This document shows positions 1 through 13,224 of a DNA stretch of 64,000 nt, in pieces. Numbering within the stretch: position 1 is the stretch's first letter; each line of letters opens with the position of its first letter. The notes beneath the pieces were generated by a model, which was given only the letters and a program-made list of their open reading frames with translations, had not been told where the DNA came from and did no database searches. Origin of the DNA: an uncultured delta proteobacterium (GTDB lineage Bacteria > Myxococcota_A > Polyangia > Polyangiales > Polyangiaceae); the NCBI GenBank assembly GCA_963782055.1, contig CAWAIF010000003.1, positions 2,688,001 to 2,752,000 on the forward strand, in the 5' to 3' direction. The translations under genes were made by a program, and so were the position numbers.

Positions 1-876
1 CTCGAAGATGTCCGGGTTCTTCTTCTGGGGCATCATGCTGGAGCCGGCGGAGACGGCGCCGTCCAGGCGGACCAGGCAAAACTCGCTCGTGGAGAAATCG
101 ACGACATCGGCGGCGAGCTTGCCGCACGCGCCGAGCACGCGGGCACAGGCCCACACGTGGTCGAGGGCGAAGTCGCGATCGCCGACGGTGTCCAGGGCGT
201 TGGTGGTGACGGAGGCGAAGCCGAGCAGACGGGCGACGAGGCGCCGGTCGATGGGCAGGGAGGACCCGGAGCACGCGCCGCTGCCGAGGGGACAGACGTC
301 CGCGGAGTCGAGCGCGAAGGCGACGGCGTCGCCGGCGCGGAGGAGCCCCGTCGTCCAGGCGCAGAGCAGGAACGCCGCGCTCACCGGCTGCGCGCGCTGG
401 CGGTGCGTGTACGCGGGCAGCAGCGTGCCGGTCGCGCCGGCGGCGCGCGTGAGGAGCTGGCGCGCGAGGGTGAGCACGTCCTCCAGCAGCCGCGCCGCAC
501 GGTCGCGCGCGAAGAGTCGCAGGTCGAGCGCCACCTGATCGTTGCGCGAGCGCGCGGCGTGGAGGCGCTGCGCGACGGGACCGAGGCGCTGCCCGAGCGC
601 GGCCTCCACGGCCATGTGCACGTCCTCCTCGTGGGGCAGGGCGAGGTCCTCCCCGCGCGCGGCGGTGGCGGACATGGCGAGCAGCTCCTTGCGGAGGGTG
701 CGTGCGTCGTCGAGCGAGAGGACGCCGACCTTGCCCAGCATGGTCGCGTGCGCGGCGCTGCCGAGCAGGTCCTCGCGGGCGAAGGCGAGATCGTCGGCGA
801 AGGAGCTCGACCAGCGGACGAGCTCGGGGAGCATGCCGTCGGCGCCGGTGGCCCCGGTGCGGGCGATGGAGGACAT
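1..876 (-). CDS. argH: Argininosuccinate lyase (3' end runs off the window)
   Basis: Manual minus-strand translation from ATG 876: MSSIARTG...EDVHMAVEAAL...LHAARSRNDQVALDLR...GSSMMPQKKNPDIFE (fumarase/ASL signature). Absent from the ORF track because no stop lies in the window. Confidence 0.93.
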   Translation of the reverse strand, partial: MSSIARTGATGADGMLPELVRWSSSFADDLAFAREDLLGSAAHATMLGKVGVLSLDDARTLRKELLAMSATAARGEDLALPHEEDVHMAVEAALGQRLGPVAQRLHAARSRNDQVALDLRLFARDRAARLLEDVLTLARQLLTRAAGATGTLLPAYTHRQRAQPVSAAFLLCAWTTGLLRAGDAVAFALDSADVCPLGSGACSGSSLPIDRRLVARLLGFASVTTNALDTVGDRDFALDHVWACARVLGACGKLAADVVDFSTSEFCLVRLDGAVSAGSSMMPQKKNPDIFE

Positions 877-924
877 GGGGCGATTTCTAGCATGTCCCGA
901 CGACCTCGCGTCGGGGCTGGCGCG

Positions 925-1815
925 TCAGGGGCCGCAGGTCGTCTTGCGCCTCGCCTCGAAGCCGGCGAGCAGCCGCGCCGTGGTCGCGTCCGCGCCGGAC
1001 GCCAGCTCGCGCTCGGCCTCGCCCGCCGCGGTGCAGAGGAGGTCGTCTCCGCGCTGCAGGAACGTGTCGTACAGGGCGACGAGATCCTGCGCCTTCGCGG
1101 CGGCGACGTACGCGTCGCCGAGCGCCACGACCATGGATTGGGTGTTGGCCGCGTCGGTGGCCAAGAAGAAGTTCCACGCCTTCTTCGGATCGCCGACCCT
1201 GGAGTACGCGAGCACCAGCTCGCCGCGCGCGGCCCCGGCCACGCGCGAGGCGGCAGCCTGCGCCGGCTCGGTGACCGCGGTCGCCGCCTTGCGCTGCGCG
1301 CCGAGCGCCTTCGGATCGTCGCCCTGCCGCGCGGCGACCAGACCCAGCTCGTACCAGGCGAAGGCGTGCGCCATGTTCGCGGTGGGCGGGAAGGTGACGG
1401 CCTCGCGATAGGCCTTCTCCGCCAGCGCCAGCATGCTCCGGTCCTTGGTGGAGGCGTCCAGGAACATGTCGCCGAAGGCCACGTAAGCGCACGGCACGAA
1501 GCGCGACGCCGGATGATCCTTCACCAGCTCGAAGTACGCCTTGCGCGCGCCGGCCAGGTCTCCCAACGACTGGAGCGCGTGGCCCCGGCGGAGCAGGACG
1601 GCGTCGGGGCCGTCGGACTCGGCGGCCGCGCTCAGGATGGCTTCCCACGCGGCGGCGCGCGGGGAGACGCTCCTCGGTGCGGCTCTCGACCCCTCGCGCA
1701 CGGCCTGCGGGGACGTCGCGGAGGGCAGGACGACGACGGTCGGCGTGGTGGTGGTCGTCGCGGTGGCGGACCCGCATGCGCAGCCGAGGGGCAGGAGGAA
1801 AATCCAGGGTCTCAT
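925..1815 (-). CDS. Putative lipoprotein with TPR-like helical repeats
   Basis: Signal peptide with LGC lipobox, Thr-rich linker, TPR-like segments (LLRRGHALQSLGDLAGARKAYFELVKDHP; AWYELGLVAARQGD). Confidence 0.6.
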   Translation of the reverse strand: MRPWIFLLPLGCACGSATATTTTTPTVVVLPSATSPQAVREGSRAAPRSVSPRAAAWEAILSAAAESDGPDAVLLRRGHALQSLGDLAGARKAYFELVKDHPASRFVPCAYVAFGDMFLDASTKDRSMLALAEKAYREAVTFPPTANMAHAFAWYELGLVAARQGDDPKALGAQRKAATAVTEPAQAAASRVAGAARGELVLAYSRVGDPKKAWNFFLATDAANTQSMVVALGDAYVAAAKAQDLVALYDTFLQRGDDLLCTAAGEAERELASGADATTARLLAGFEARRKTTCGP

Positions 1816-2042
1816 GGTGGTTCGGTCAGCGCGTCACGCCCCAGGTTCCCGCGGACCGCCCGACGGGCGGGAAGGACCGCCCGGTCAGGGCGTAGGCTCG
1901 GGTGTACTGGACCGTGCGGCGCGGCGTCGCGTACTGGAGCACCCCGCACGGCGTGGAGTCGGTGAGGCTCGCACCGGAGGCGCGCTGATCGGGGGTGCCA
2001 TGCTCGACGACGGACCAGCGTGATTGGCGTACGCTCGCTCGC

Positions 2043-2453
2043 ATGCCGAAGGGAAGCTGCGTGTGCGGGGCGGTCGCCTTCGAGGTGAAGCCGCCCTACC
2101 GGTTCTTCCAGTACTGTCACTGCAGCCGGTGCCGGAAGCGCTCGGGATCCATCCACGCCGCGAACCTCGCCGTGCCGGCGGAGCAGCTCGTCTTCTTGCG
2201 CGGCGAGGAGCACGCTCGCCGCTTCGAGGCGCCCGACGCGAAGAACTGGTCCAACAGCTTCTGCGACGTGTGCGGGTCCGGGCTGCCGTGGAGGACGCGG
2301 AACGGCAAGGCGTACCTCGTCCCGGCCGGGACGCTGGACGACGATCCTGTGGAGCGCCCGACGCGCAACGTCTGGGTCGGCTCGCGCGCCGTCTGGGAGA
2401 CGCCGGCCTCCAGCCTCCCGGACTTCGAGGCGGACCCGCCCCGCCCGGCGTGA
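2043..2453 (+). CDS. GFA/CENP-V family Zn-binding protein
   Basis: GSCVCGAV, CHCSRCRK and FCDVCGS motifs. Confidence 0.9.
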   Translation: MPKGSCVCGAVAFEVKPPYRFFQYCHCSRCRKRSGSIHAANLAVPAEQLVFLRGEEHARRFEAPDAKNWSNSFCDVCGSGLPWRTRNGKAYLVPAGTLDDDPVERPTRNVWVGSRAVWETPASSLPDFEADPPRPA

Positions 2454-2554
2454 GGTGACGACTTCGGCGAGGTGACGGACCGTTGCCGACGAGGAGCCGC
2501 GGAGCTGCTCGCGTGCGCCGCACCCCTGGGCTACCTTCGCCCGCGGAGGATCCC

Positions 2555-5500
2555 ATGAAGGATGTGCGCGCGATCGTCGGCTTCGTCGTGCTTGGCGTGG
2601 TGCTGGTGATCTTCGCGATCCTCTCGCCGAAGATCGTCCCGCCGCAGAGCCCGGTGAGCTCGCTCCCCACGGTGCCCGCCGGGACGGCCGCGCCGCCGAG
2701 CGCACCGCCGCCGGGGCAGCCGCTGCACGGGCCGCTCCTGCTGCGCGAGCCGTCGCTGTCCAGGACGGACATCGCCTTCGCGTTCGGTGGAGAGATCTGG
2801 ACGGTGCCGCGCGCGGGCGGGACGGCGCGCCGGATCGTCTCGGGGCAGCTTCGCAACGGGCGCCCCATCTTCTCGCCGGACGGATCGCAGATCGCCTTCA
2901 CCGGGACCTTCGACGGCAACACCGACGTGTACGTGGTCTCGACGACCGGCGGGGAGCTCACGCGGCTCACCTACAACCCGGCGTCCGACGTCGCCGTGGG
3001 CTTCACGCCGGACGGCAAGAAGGTGCTCTTTTACTCGATGCGGGCGACGCCCCGCGATCTTCCGAAGCTCTTCACCATCCCGCTCGGCGGCGGGCTCGCC
3101 GAGCAGCTCCCGCTGCCCTCCGGCGTGTCGGCGACGTTCTCCCCCGACGGCACGCACCTCGCGTACGTGCCATTCCCGCAGTGGGAGCCGGGCTGGAAGA
3201 AGTACCGCGGCGGGCAGGCGACGCCCATCTGGATCGCCGACCTGGCGGACTCGCACGTGGTGAAGGTGCCGCGCGCCGGGGAGAACCAGCGCTGGCCGAT
3301 GTGGCAGGGAGACGCGGTGTACTTCGTCTCCGACAAGGACGGGCCGTACTCGCTCTACGCGACGGACGCCAAGGGCGCGCCCGCGCGGCTGCTGTACCGC
3401 GACCCGAACGGCTGGGACGTGCGCAGCGCGGCGGTCGGGCCGGGCGCCATCGTCTTCGAGACGCTCGGCGCGCTGCATTTGTACGACCTCGCGACGAACA
3501 AGGAGCACGAGGTGAAGGTGGCGATCGCCGACGAGCTGCCGCAGGTGCGGCCGCACTTCGAGACGGTGAACCACTCGGCGGTGCTGCACGCGGCGATCTC
3601 CCCGACGGGCAAGCGAGTGCTCTTCGAGGCTCACGGCGAGATCCTGGCGGTTCCGAAGAAGAAGGGGGACACGCGCAACCTGACGCGCAGCCCCGGCGTC
3701 GCCGACCGTGATCCGTCGTGGTCGCCGGACGGCAAGTGGGTGGCGTGGCTGTCGGATGCCTCCGGCGAGTACGCGCTGTACTTTCGGTCGCCCGACGGGC
3801 TGGGGGAGACGCACGTGGTGGACCTGGGCTCGCCGCCGTCGTTCTTCTACGGGCCGCGCTGGTCGCCGGACAGCAAGAAGATCGCGCTGACGGACAAGCG
3901 GCTGAACCTGTGGCTCGTGGACCTGGCGCACCCCACGCTGCAGAAGGTGGACACGCTGCGCTACGAGGGCGCGGACTTCGACGAGGCGTGGTCGCCGGAC
4001 TCGCGGTGGCTGACGTACGTGAAGGAGCTGCAGAATCACTACCACGCGGTCTTCGTGTACTCGCTGGAGGACAAGAAGGTGACGCAGGTGACGGACGGTC
4101 GCAGTGACGCGTCGTCGCCGGAGTTCGATCGCGACGGCAAGCTGCTCTACTTCATCGCGAGCACCGACGTGGGCCTCGCGGAGAACGGGAGCGAGATGAC
4201 GTCGATGGGTCGCCCGGTGACGAGCAGCGTCTACGCGGCCGTGCTGCAGAAGGACGAGCCGTCGCCGGTCGCGCCGGAGAGCGACGAGGAGGGGGACGCC
4301 GGCGCGCCGGGGAAGGGGAAGGAGGGCGCGGAGAAGAAGAAGAAGGGGAAGGAGCCCTCCGAGGTGAAGATCGACTTCGAGGGGCTGGACCAGCGCATCG
4401 TGGCGCTCCCGATCGAGCGCGCCAACTACGTGGACCTGCAGGCGGCGGACGAGGGTGCTCTGTTCGTGGCGTCGGCGCCGACGGCGCTCGCGGACGAGGA
4501 CTACGTGGAGGACCGGGGGGACCACGGGCCGCCGCTCCACGTCGAGCGCTACGACGCGAAGAAGCGCAAGGCGGAGACGTTCCTGGACAAGGTGGATGGC
4601 CCGGGGGAGACGCTCTCAACGTTCCAGGTCTCGGCGGACGGGAAGCACGTCCTCTACGAGCACGGCGGCCACTGGTTCGTCGCCGGAGCGGACAAGGCGC
4701 CGAAGGGGAAGGACGGCGCCATCGCGCTGGGGGGCGTGAAGGTGTGGGTCGACCCGCGCGCCGAGTGGAAGCAGATGTACCACGAGATCTGGCGCATCGA
4801 GCGTGACTTCCTCTACGACCCGCACGCGCACGGGCTCGACCTGGACAAGGCGGAGAAGACGTACGCGCCGTTCTTGGACGGCATCGCGAGCCGCGGGGAC
4901 CTCAACGCCCTCTTCGAGGAGATGCTCTCCAACCTGGTGCTGGGGCACGTCTGGGCGCGCGGCGGCGAGTACCCGCGGGAGGATCACGTGAGCGTCGGCC
5001 TGCTCGGGGCGGACTATCGCGTCGTCGACGGCCGCTACCAGTTCGCCCGCATCCTGCGCGGGGAGAACTGGAACCCCAGGCTCCACGCGCCGCTCACGCA
5101 GCCGGGGATCGACGTGCAGGAGGGCGACTTCCTGCTCGCCGTGAACGGCCAGGACCTGCGGGGGGACGACGACGTCGACCGCCTCTTCCAGGGGCGCGCC
5201 GGCAAGCAGACGGTCATCTCGGTGGGGCCGACGGCCGACGGCCGCGGGGCCCACGACGTCACGGTCGTGCCCGTGGCGTCGGAGGGCGCGCTTCGCCTGC
5301 GCACCTGGATGGAGGACAACCACAAGAAGGTGGACGAGCTCTCCGGCGGGCGCGTCGGGTACGTCTACATCCCCGACACCCACGGCGCCGGGCTGTCCAA
5401 CTTCAACCGCTACTACTTCTCCGAGGTGGGCAAGGACGCCGTGGTGCTCGACGAGCGCTTCAATCACGGCGGCTACATCGCCGACTACATCGTCAACGTG

Positions 5501-5974
5501 CTCGGCTGGAAGGCGCAGATGGGCGCGGCGACGCGCGAGGGCGAGGACGTGGAGCTGCCGGAGCTCGCCATCTTCGGCCCGAAGGTGATGATCGCCAACC
5601 AGATGTCCGGCTCGGGCGGCGACGCCCTCCCGTGGCTCTTCAAGAAGGCGAAGCTCGGGCCGCTCGTCGGCGTGCGCACGTGGGGTGGGCTGGTCGGTAT
5701 CGGGGGCTACCCGCAGCTCATCGACGGCGGCCGGGTGACCGCACCGCGCTGGGCGCTCTACGGGACGCAGGGCGCGTGGGAGGTCGAAAATCACGGCATC
5801 GCGCCGGACGTCGAGGTGGAGCAGGACCCCGCGCTCGTGCGACAGGGCCACGACCCCCAGCTCGAGCGGGCCGTGCAGATCGCGCTGGACGAGCTGAAGA
5901 AGAACCCGCCGAAGAAGCTGGTCCGGCCGCCCTATCCCAACTACGGCGACCGACTCCCGCACGGACCGCCCTGA
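2555..5974 (+). CDS. Tricorn-like S41 protease (beta-propellers + PDZ + S41), N-terminally anchored
   Basis: Repeated SPDG propeller blades, PDZ region, DERFNHGG, SGSGGD catalytic Ser motif, RTWGGLVGI, VENHGIAPD. GGAGGA RBS before ATG 2555. Confidence 0.93.
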   Translation: MKDVRAIVGFVVLGVVLVIFAILSPKIVPPQSPVSSLPTVPAGTAAPPSAPPPGQPLHGPLLLREPSLSRTDIAFAFGGEIWTVPRAGGTARRIVSGQLRNGRPIFSPDGSQIAFTGTFDGNTDVYVVSTTGGELTRLTYNPASDVAVGFTPDGKKVLFYSMRATPRDLPKLFTIPLGGGLAEQLPLPSGVSATFSPDGTHLAYVPFPQWEPGWKKYRGGQATPIWIADLADSHVVKVPRAGENQRWPMWQGDAVYFVSDKDGPYSLYATDAKGAPARLLYRDPNGWDVRSAAVGPGAIVFETLGALHLYDLATNKEHEVKVAIADELPQVRPHFETVNHSAVLHAAISPTGKRVLFEAHGEILAVPKKKGDTRNLTRSPGVADRDPSWSPDGKWVAWLSDASGEYALYFRSPDGLGETHVVDLGSPPSFFYGPRWSPDSKKIALTDKRLNLWLVDLAHPTLQKVDTLRYEGADFDEAWSPDSRWLTYVKELQNHYHAVFVYSLEDKKVTQVTDGRSDASSPEFDRDGKLLYFIASTDVGLAENGSEMTSMGRPVTSSVYAAVLQKDEPSPVAPESDEEGDAGAPGKGKEGAEKKKKGKEPSEVKIDFEGLDQRIVALPIERANYVDLQAADEGALFVASAPTALADEDYVEDRGDHGPPLHVERYDAKKRKAETFLDKVDGPGETLSTFQVSADGKHVLYEHGGHWFVAGADKAPKGKDGAIALGGVKVWVDPRAEWKQMYHEIWRIERDFLYDPHAHGLDLDKAEKTYAPFLDGIASRGDLNALFEEMLSNLVLGHVWARGGEYPREDHVSVGLLGADYRVVDGRYQFARILRGENWNPRLHAPLTQPGIDVQEGDFLLAVNGQDLRGDDDVDRLFQGRAGKQTVISVGPTADGRGAHDVTVVPVASEGALRLRTWMEDNHKKVDELSGGRVGYVYIPDTHGAGLSNFNRYYFSEVGKDAVVLDERFNHGGYIADYIVNVLGWKAQMGAATREGEDVELPELAIFGPKVMIANQMSGSGGDALPWLFKKAKLGPLVGVRTWGGLVGIGGYPQLIDGGRVTAPRWALYGTQGAWEVENHGIAPDVEVEQDPALVRQGHDPQLERAVQIALDELKKNPPKKLVRPPYPNYGDRLPHGPP

Positions 5975-5992
5975 CGGGCGCCCGACGGGACC

Positions 5993-6319
5993 TCAGCGGG
6001 CCAGGAGCTCGAGCAGCTTCTCTCGCGTGGTGGCGCCCAGGTGCAAGGCGGTCTTCTCGCCGTTCCGGAAGACCATCACCGTCGGCACCGCCTTGACGCC
6101 GTAGCGCCGGGCGGTGAGCGGCGAGGCGTCGGTGTCGACGGTGACGACCTTCACGCGCCCCGCGCTCTCGCTCGCCAGCCGCTTCACGATCGGTTCCAGG
6201 GCGCGGCACGGCGGACACCACCGCGCGCCGAAGTCCACCAGCACCGGGACGTCCGCCGCGAGCACCTCTGCCTCGAAGCTGCCGTCATCCACCTCGATCA
6301 CCTTCGCGCTCGCCGTCAT
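5993..6319 (-). CDS. trxA: Thioredoxin
   Basis: PVLVDFGARWCPPCR and GVKAVPT; 108 aa. Confidence 0.9.
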   Translation of the reverse strand: MTASAKVIEVDDGSFEAEVLAADVPVLVDFGARWCPPCRALEPIVKRLASESAGRVKVVTVDTDASPLTARRYGVKAVPTVMVFRNGEKTALHLGATTREKLLELLAR

Positions 6320-6404
6320 GTTCGGCCTCCTGAACCATGAAGGTCCTGGGGACGCTGCTTCTTACGCGTGTAAGATCCGGCCATCGTGGCACCTATCCCG
6401 AGAG

Positions 6405-6941
6405 ATGACCGCCGATCCCGATGACGCCCTGGACGCCCTCGCCCGCCTCGTGCACGAGCGGCGCGTGGAGCTGGCGGGGCTCGCGCGGCGGGAGGGCCTG
6501 GGCCCGGAGGACGCCCTGGATTGCGTGCACGACGCCTTCTGCACGTTCCTGCAGCTCGCGCTGCGCGGCGAGCTGGCCGAGACGGCGGAGCACCCGCGGC
6601 TCGTGGCGGGCATGGTCGTCAACGCCGCGCGCAACCGCCGTCGCCGTCACCACCTCTCGCGCCCGCACCACGCCATCGACGCGCTCGATGCCGGCGACGG
6701 CGCGCCTTCCGTCGAGGCGCTCGTCGTTCACGCGGAGCAGTGTGTGAGGCTGCGCGGGTGTGTCGACCGCCTGTGCAAGACGCAGCGCACGGTCGTGATG
6801 ATGCGGCTGCTCGAGGAGCGGCCCGGCGAGGACGTGGCGACCGCGCTCGGCATCACGCGCGGCTACGTGGACGTGCTCCTGCACCGCGCCAGGGCGTCGC
6901 TTCGCGTCTGCATGACGGAGGACGACAGCGGCGCGCCGTAG
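6405..6941 (+). CDS. ECF-type RNA polymerase sigma-70 factor, Cys-rich
   Basis: Sigma2-like EDALDCVHDAF and sigma4-like EDVATALGITRGYVDVLLHRARASLR. Confidence 0.82.
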   Translation: MTADPDDALDALARLVHERRVELAGLARREGLGPEDALDCVHDAFCTFLQLALRGELAETAEHPRLVAGMVVNAARNRRRRHHLSRPHHAIDALDAGDGAPSVEALVVHAEQCVRLRGCVDRLCKTQRTVVMMRLLEERPGEDVATALGITRGYVDVLLHRARASLRVCMTEDDSGAP

Positions 6942-6966
6942 CCGGCGAGACCGGGCGAGCCGGCGA

Positions 6967-10797
<3,831 letters not shown>

Positions 10798-11021
10798 TCC
10801 AGCCGATGCTACACGCAGGGGGGCCGCACGAGCTCGATTCGTCCGCGCCTCGGCCCCCCGCCGTCAGGAGCGCGCGCATCTCCAGCTTGACCTGGCGGGC
10901 ACTTGCGGCGGTCTGCGCTGGGGCGGCTGGTACCTGGAGGTCTCGGCGTACGCGGCCTGTACGACCCAGGCGCTCCGCTTGTTGCAGGATGTCGATGTGC
11001 GTCTGTGCTAATGGGCGCCGC

Positions 11022-12335
11022 ATGTCGCGCATCCATCGCACGCTACCGTCCGCCGGCACCCGCATCGGTCTCGCCTACTCCGGCGGCCTGGACACCCGCA
11101 CCGCCGTCGCATGGCTCTCCCGGCAGGGACTGGAGGTCTACGCCTACACCGCCGACCTGGCGCAGCCGGACGAGAAGAGCCCGGCGGACATCCCGCCCAC
11201 GGCGATCGCCCACGGCGCGAAGAAGGCGCGGCTGGTGGACTGCCGTGAGGCGATGGCGCGCGAGGGGGTGACGGCCCTCCAGTGCGGCGCCTTCCACCTG
11301 ATGACCGCGGGTCGCAAGTACTTCAACACCACGCCGCTCGGTCGCGCCGTCACCGCCACCGCCATCGTCCGCGCGATGCGCGAGGACGGCGTGCACGTCT
11401 TCTCCGACGGCAGCACCCACAAGGGCAACGACATCCAGCGCTTCTACCGGTACGGCGTGCTCGTCGACCCCGAGCTGGCCATCTACAAGCCGTGGCTGGA
11501 CACGCGCTTCGTCACCGAGTTCGGCGGCCGCACCGAGATGAGCCAGTACCTGGACGAGATCGGCATGCCCTACCGGATGGGCACCGAGAAGGCGTACAGC
11601 ACCGACTCCAACCTCCTGGGCGCGACGCACGAGGCGAAGGATCTGGAGCGGCTGGACGTCGGCATGCACATCGTCGAGCCGATCATGGGCGTGCCGCACT
11701 GGAAGCCGGAGGTTCGCATCGACGCCGAGCTGGTGACGGTCGAGCTGGAGCGCGGCGTCCCCGTCGCCATCAACGGCAAGCGCTTCGGTTCGCTCTGCGA
11801 CATGATGCTCGCCGCCAACGAGACGGGCGGCCGCCACGGCCTGGGCACGAGCGATCAGATCGAGAACCGCGTCATCGACGCCAAGAGCCGCGGCATCTAC
11901 GAGGCGCCCGGCATGGCGCTCCTGCACATCGCGTACGAGCGGCTGCTCTCCGCCGTGCACGATGAGAACACCACCGACCTGTACTTCTCCCTCGGCCGCC
12001 GGCTGGGGCGCCTGCTCTACGAGGGGCGCTGGTTCGACCCCGCGGCGTCGCTCCTCAAGGAGGCGCTGGTGCGGTGGGTCGCGACGCCGCTGACCGGGAA
12101 GGTGGTGCTCGAGCTGCGGCGCGGCGACGACTACACCCTCGTCGCGACGGAGGCGGCGCACGCCTCCTACGCACCGGACAAGCTGTCGATGGAGCGCTCT
12201 CAGACGGCGTTCTCGCCGGAGGACCGCATCGGCGCGCTGGAGGTGCAGGGCATCCAGGTGCAGGACAACCGGGACCTGCTGCGGGCGCTCGCCGCGGCGG
12301 GCGTCGTGGCGCCGGGGCTTGGAACCATCGACTGA
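11022..12335 (+). CDS. argG: Argininosuccinate synthase (long, E. coli-like type)
   Basis: LAYSGGLDT, YFNTTPLGRAVT, DGSTHKGNDIQRF, YSTDSNLLGATHE, SRGIYEAPG. Confidence 0.95.
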   Translation: MSRIHRTLPSAGTRIGLAYSGGLDTRTAVAWLSRQGLEVYAYTADLAQPDEKSPADIPPTAIAHGAKKARLVDCREAMAREGVTALQCGAFHLMTAGRKYFNTTPLGRAVTATAIVRAMREDGVHVFSDGSTHKGNDIQRFYRYGVLVDPELAIYKPWLDTRFVTEFGGRTEMSQYLDEIGMPYRMGTEKAYSTDSNLLGATHEAKDLERLDVGMHIVEPIMGVPHWKPEVRIDAELVTVELERGVPVAINGKRFGSLCDMMLAANETGGRHGLGTSDQIENRVIDAKSRGIYEAPGMALLHIAYERLLSAVHDENTTDLYFSLGRRLGRLLYEGRWFDPAASLLKEALVRWVATPLTGKVVLELRRGDDYTLVATEAAHASYAPDKLSMERSQTAFSPEDRIGALEVQGIQVQDNRDLLRALAAAGVVAPGLGTID

Positions 12336-12358
12336 CATTTCTTGTCGTGGTGGGGGCC

Positions 12359-12949
12359 TCAGCGGCCGGAGAGCGCGTACGCGTCGTCCATCCCGCGCTG
12401 GCGCTGGTCCCGTCGGGCCCGAGCGCGGCGTGCGTGCTCCTCGGTTCGCAGGACCCAGAAGCCGTACTCCGTGAGCCTGTCCAGGGTAGCCTCGTCGCCG
12501 AAGCCGACGCGAATGCGCATGCAGAGCGCCCGGAGGTGCCTGCGGGCGCTCGCGCACCGGCGTGCGTCAGGCCAGCGGCGCTCACCCGGAGCGAGCGCGC
12601 CGTCGAGCGCGAGGCCGACGTGCCCGACGAGCACCAGCCCGAAGAAGGCGCGGCGCACGCGGCGGCGGCCCTCCTGCGTGAGCGCGACGATGCACTCGCG
12701 CCCGTCGCGACGCCGCGTGACCAGCCCCAGCTCCTCGAGTGACCGCATCATGCGGCTGATCGTGGACCGCGCCACGCCCAGCCCGCGTCGGAGGTTACTC
12801 TGCAGGTGCACGGCGCGCGTGCCGAGGCGGTAGAGCGCATCCAGCAGGTCGTACCGTGCCGCCGTGAGCCCCATCGCCGCCAGCGCCCGCCGCGTCAGCT
12901 TGAGCGTCGCGTAGTAAGCCCGCTTGATCGTGAAAAACACAGGGTCCAT
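12359..12949 (-). CDS. MarR-family winged-helix regulator
   Basis: GLTAARYDLL...LGVARSTISRMMRSLEELGLVTR...DGR...LTQEGR; start placed at ATG 12949. Confidence 0.75.
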   Translation of the reverse strand: MDPVFFTIKRAYYATLKLTRRALAAMGLTAARYDLLDALYRLGTRAVHLQSNLRRGLGVARSTISRMMRSLEELGLVTRRRDGRECIVALTQEGRRRVRRAFFGLVLVGHVGLALDGALAPGERRWPDARRCASARRHLRALCMRIRVGFGDEATLDRLTEYGFWVLRTEEHARRARARRDQRQRGMDDAYALSGR

Positions 12950-13049
12950 CCGCACCCCCAACGCACACCGCATGCCACCCCCCCCTCCCCACAGAATCCA
13001 GGGGAAACGTCCAAGTGGGAGCACGCTTGCACTCCGACGTTTGGTGTCC

Positions 13050-13120
13050 GGGGACAGGGAGGGGGGACAGGGGGACAGGGGGACGAGGGAGGGGCGGACG
13101 GGGGCAGACAGGGGGAGGGG
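13050..13120 (+). repeat. G-rich tandem GGGGACAG-type repeats in a divergent intergenic region
   Basis: ggggacagggaggggggacagggggacagggggacgagggaggggcggacgggggcagacagggggagggg. Confidence 0.6.
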
Positions 13121-13224
13121 CCGCTGAGCGCGGCGGGGACGATTCGCGCTGGGCGCGGCGGGGACGACTCGCGGCGGCGCGGCGCGTCGACGAACGCGCG
13201 CGCGGGGCGTAGCCTTGGGAGCCG

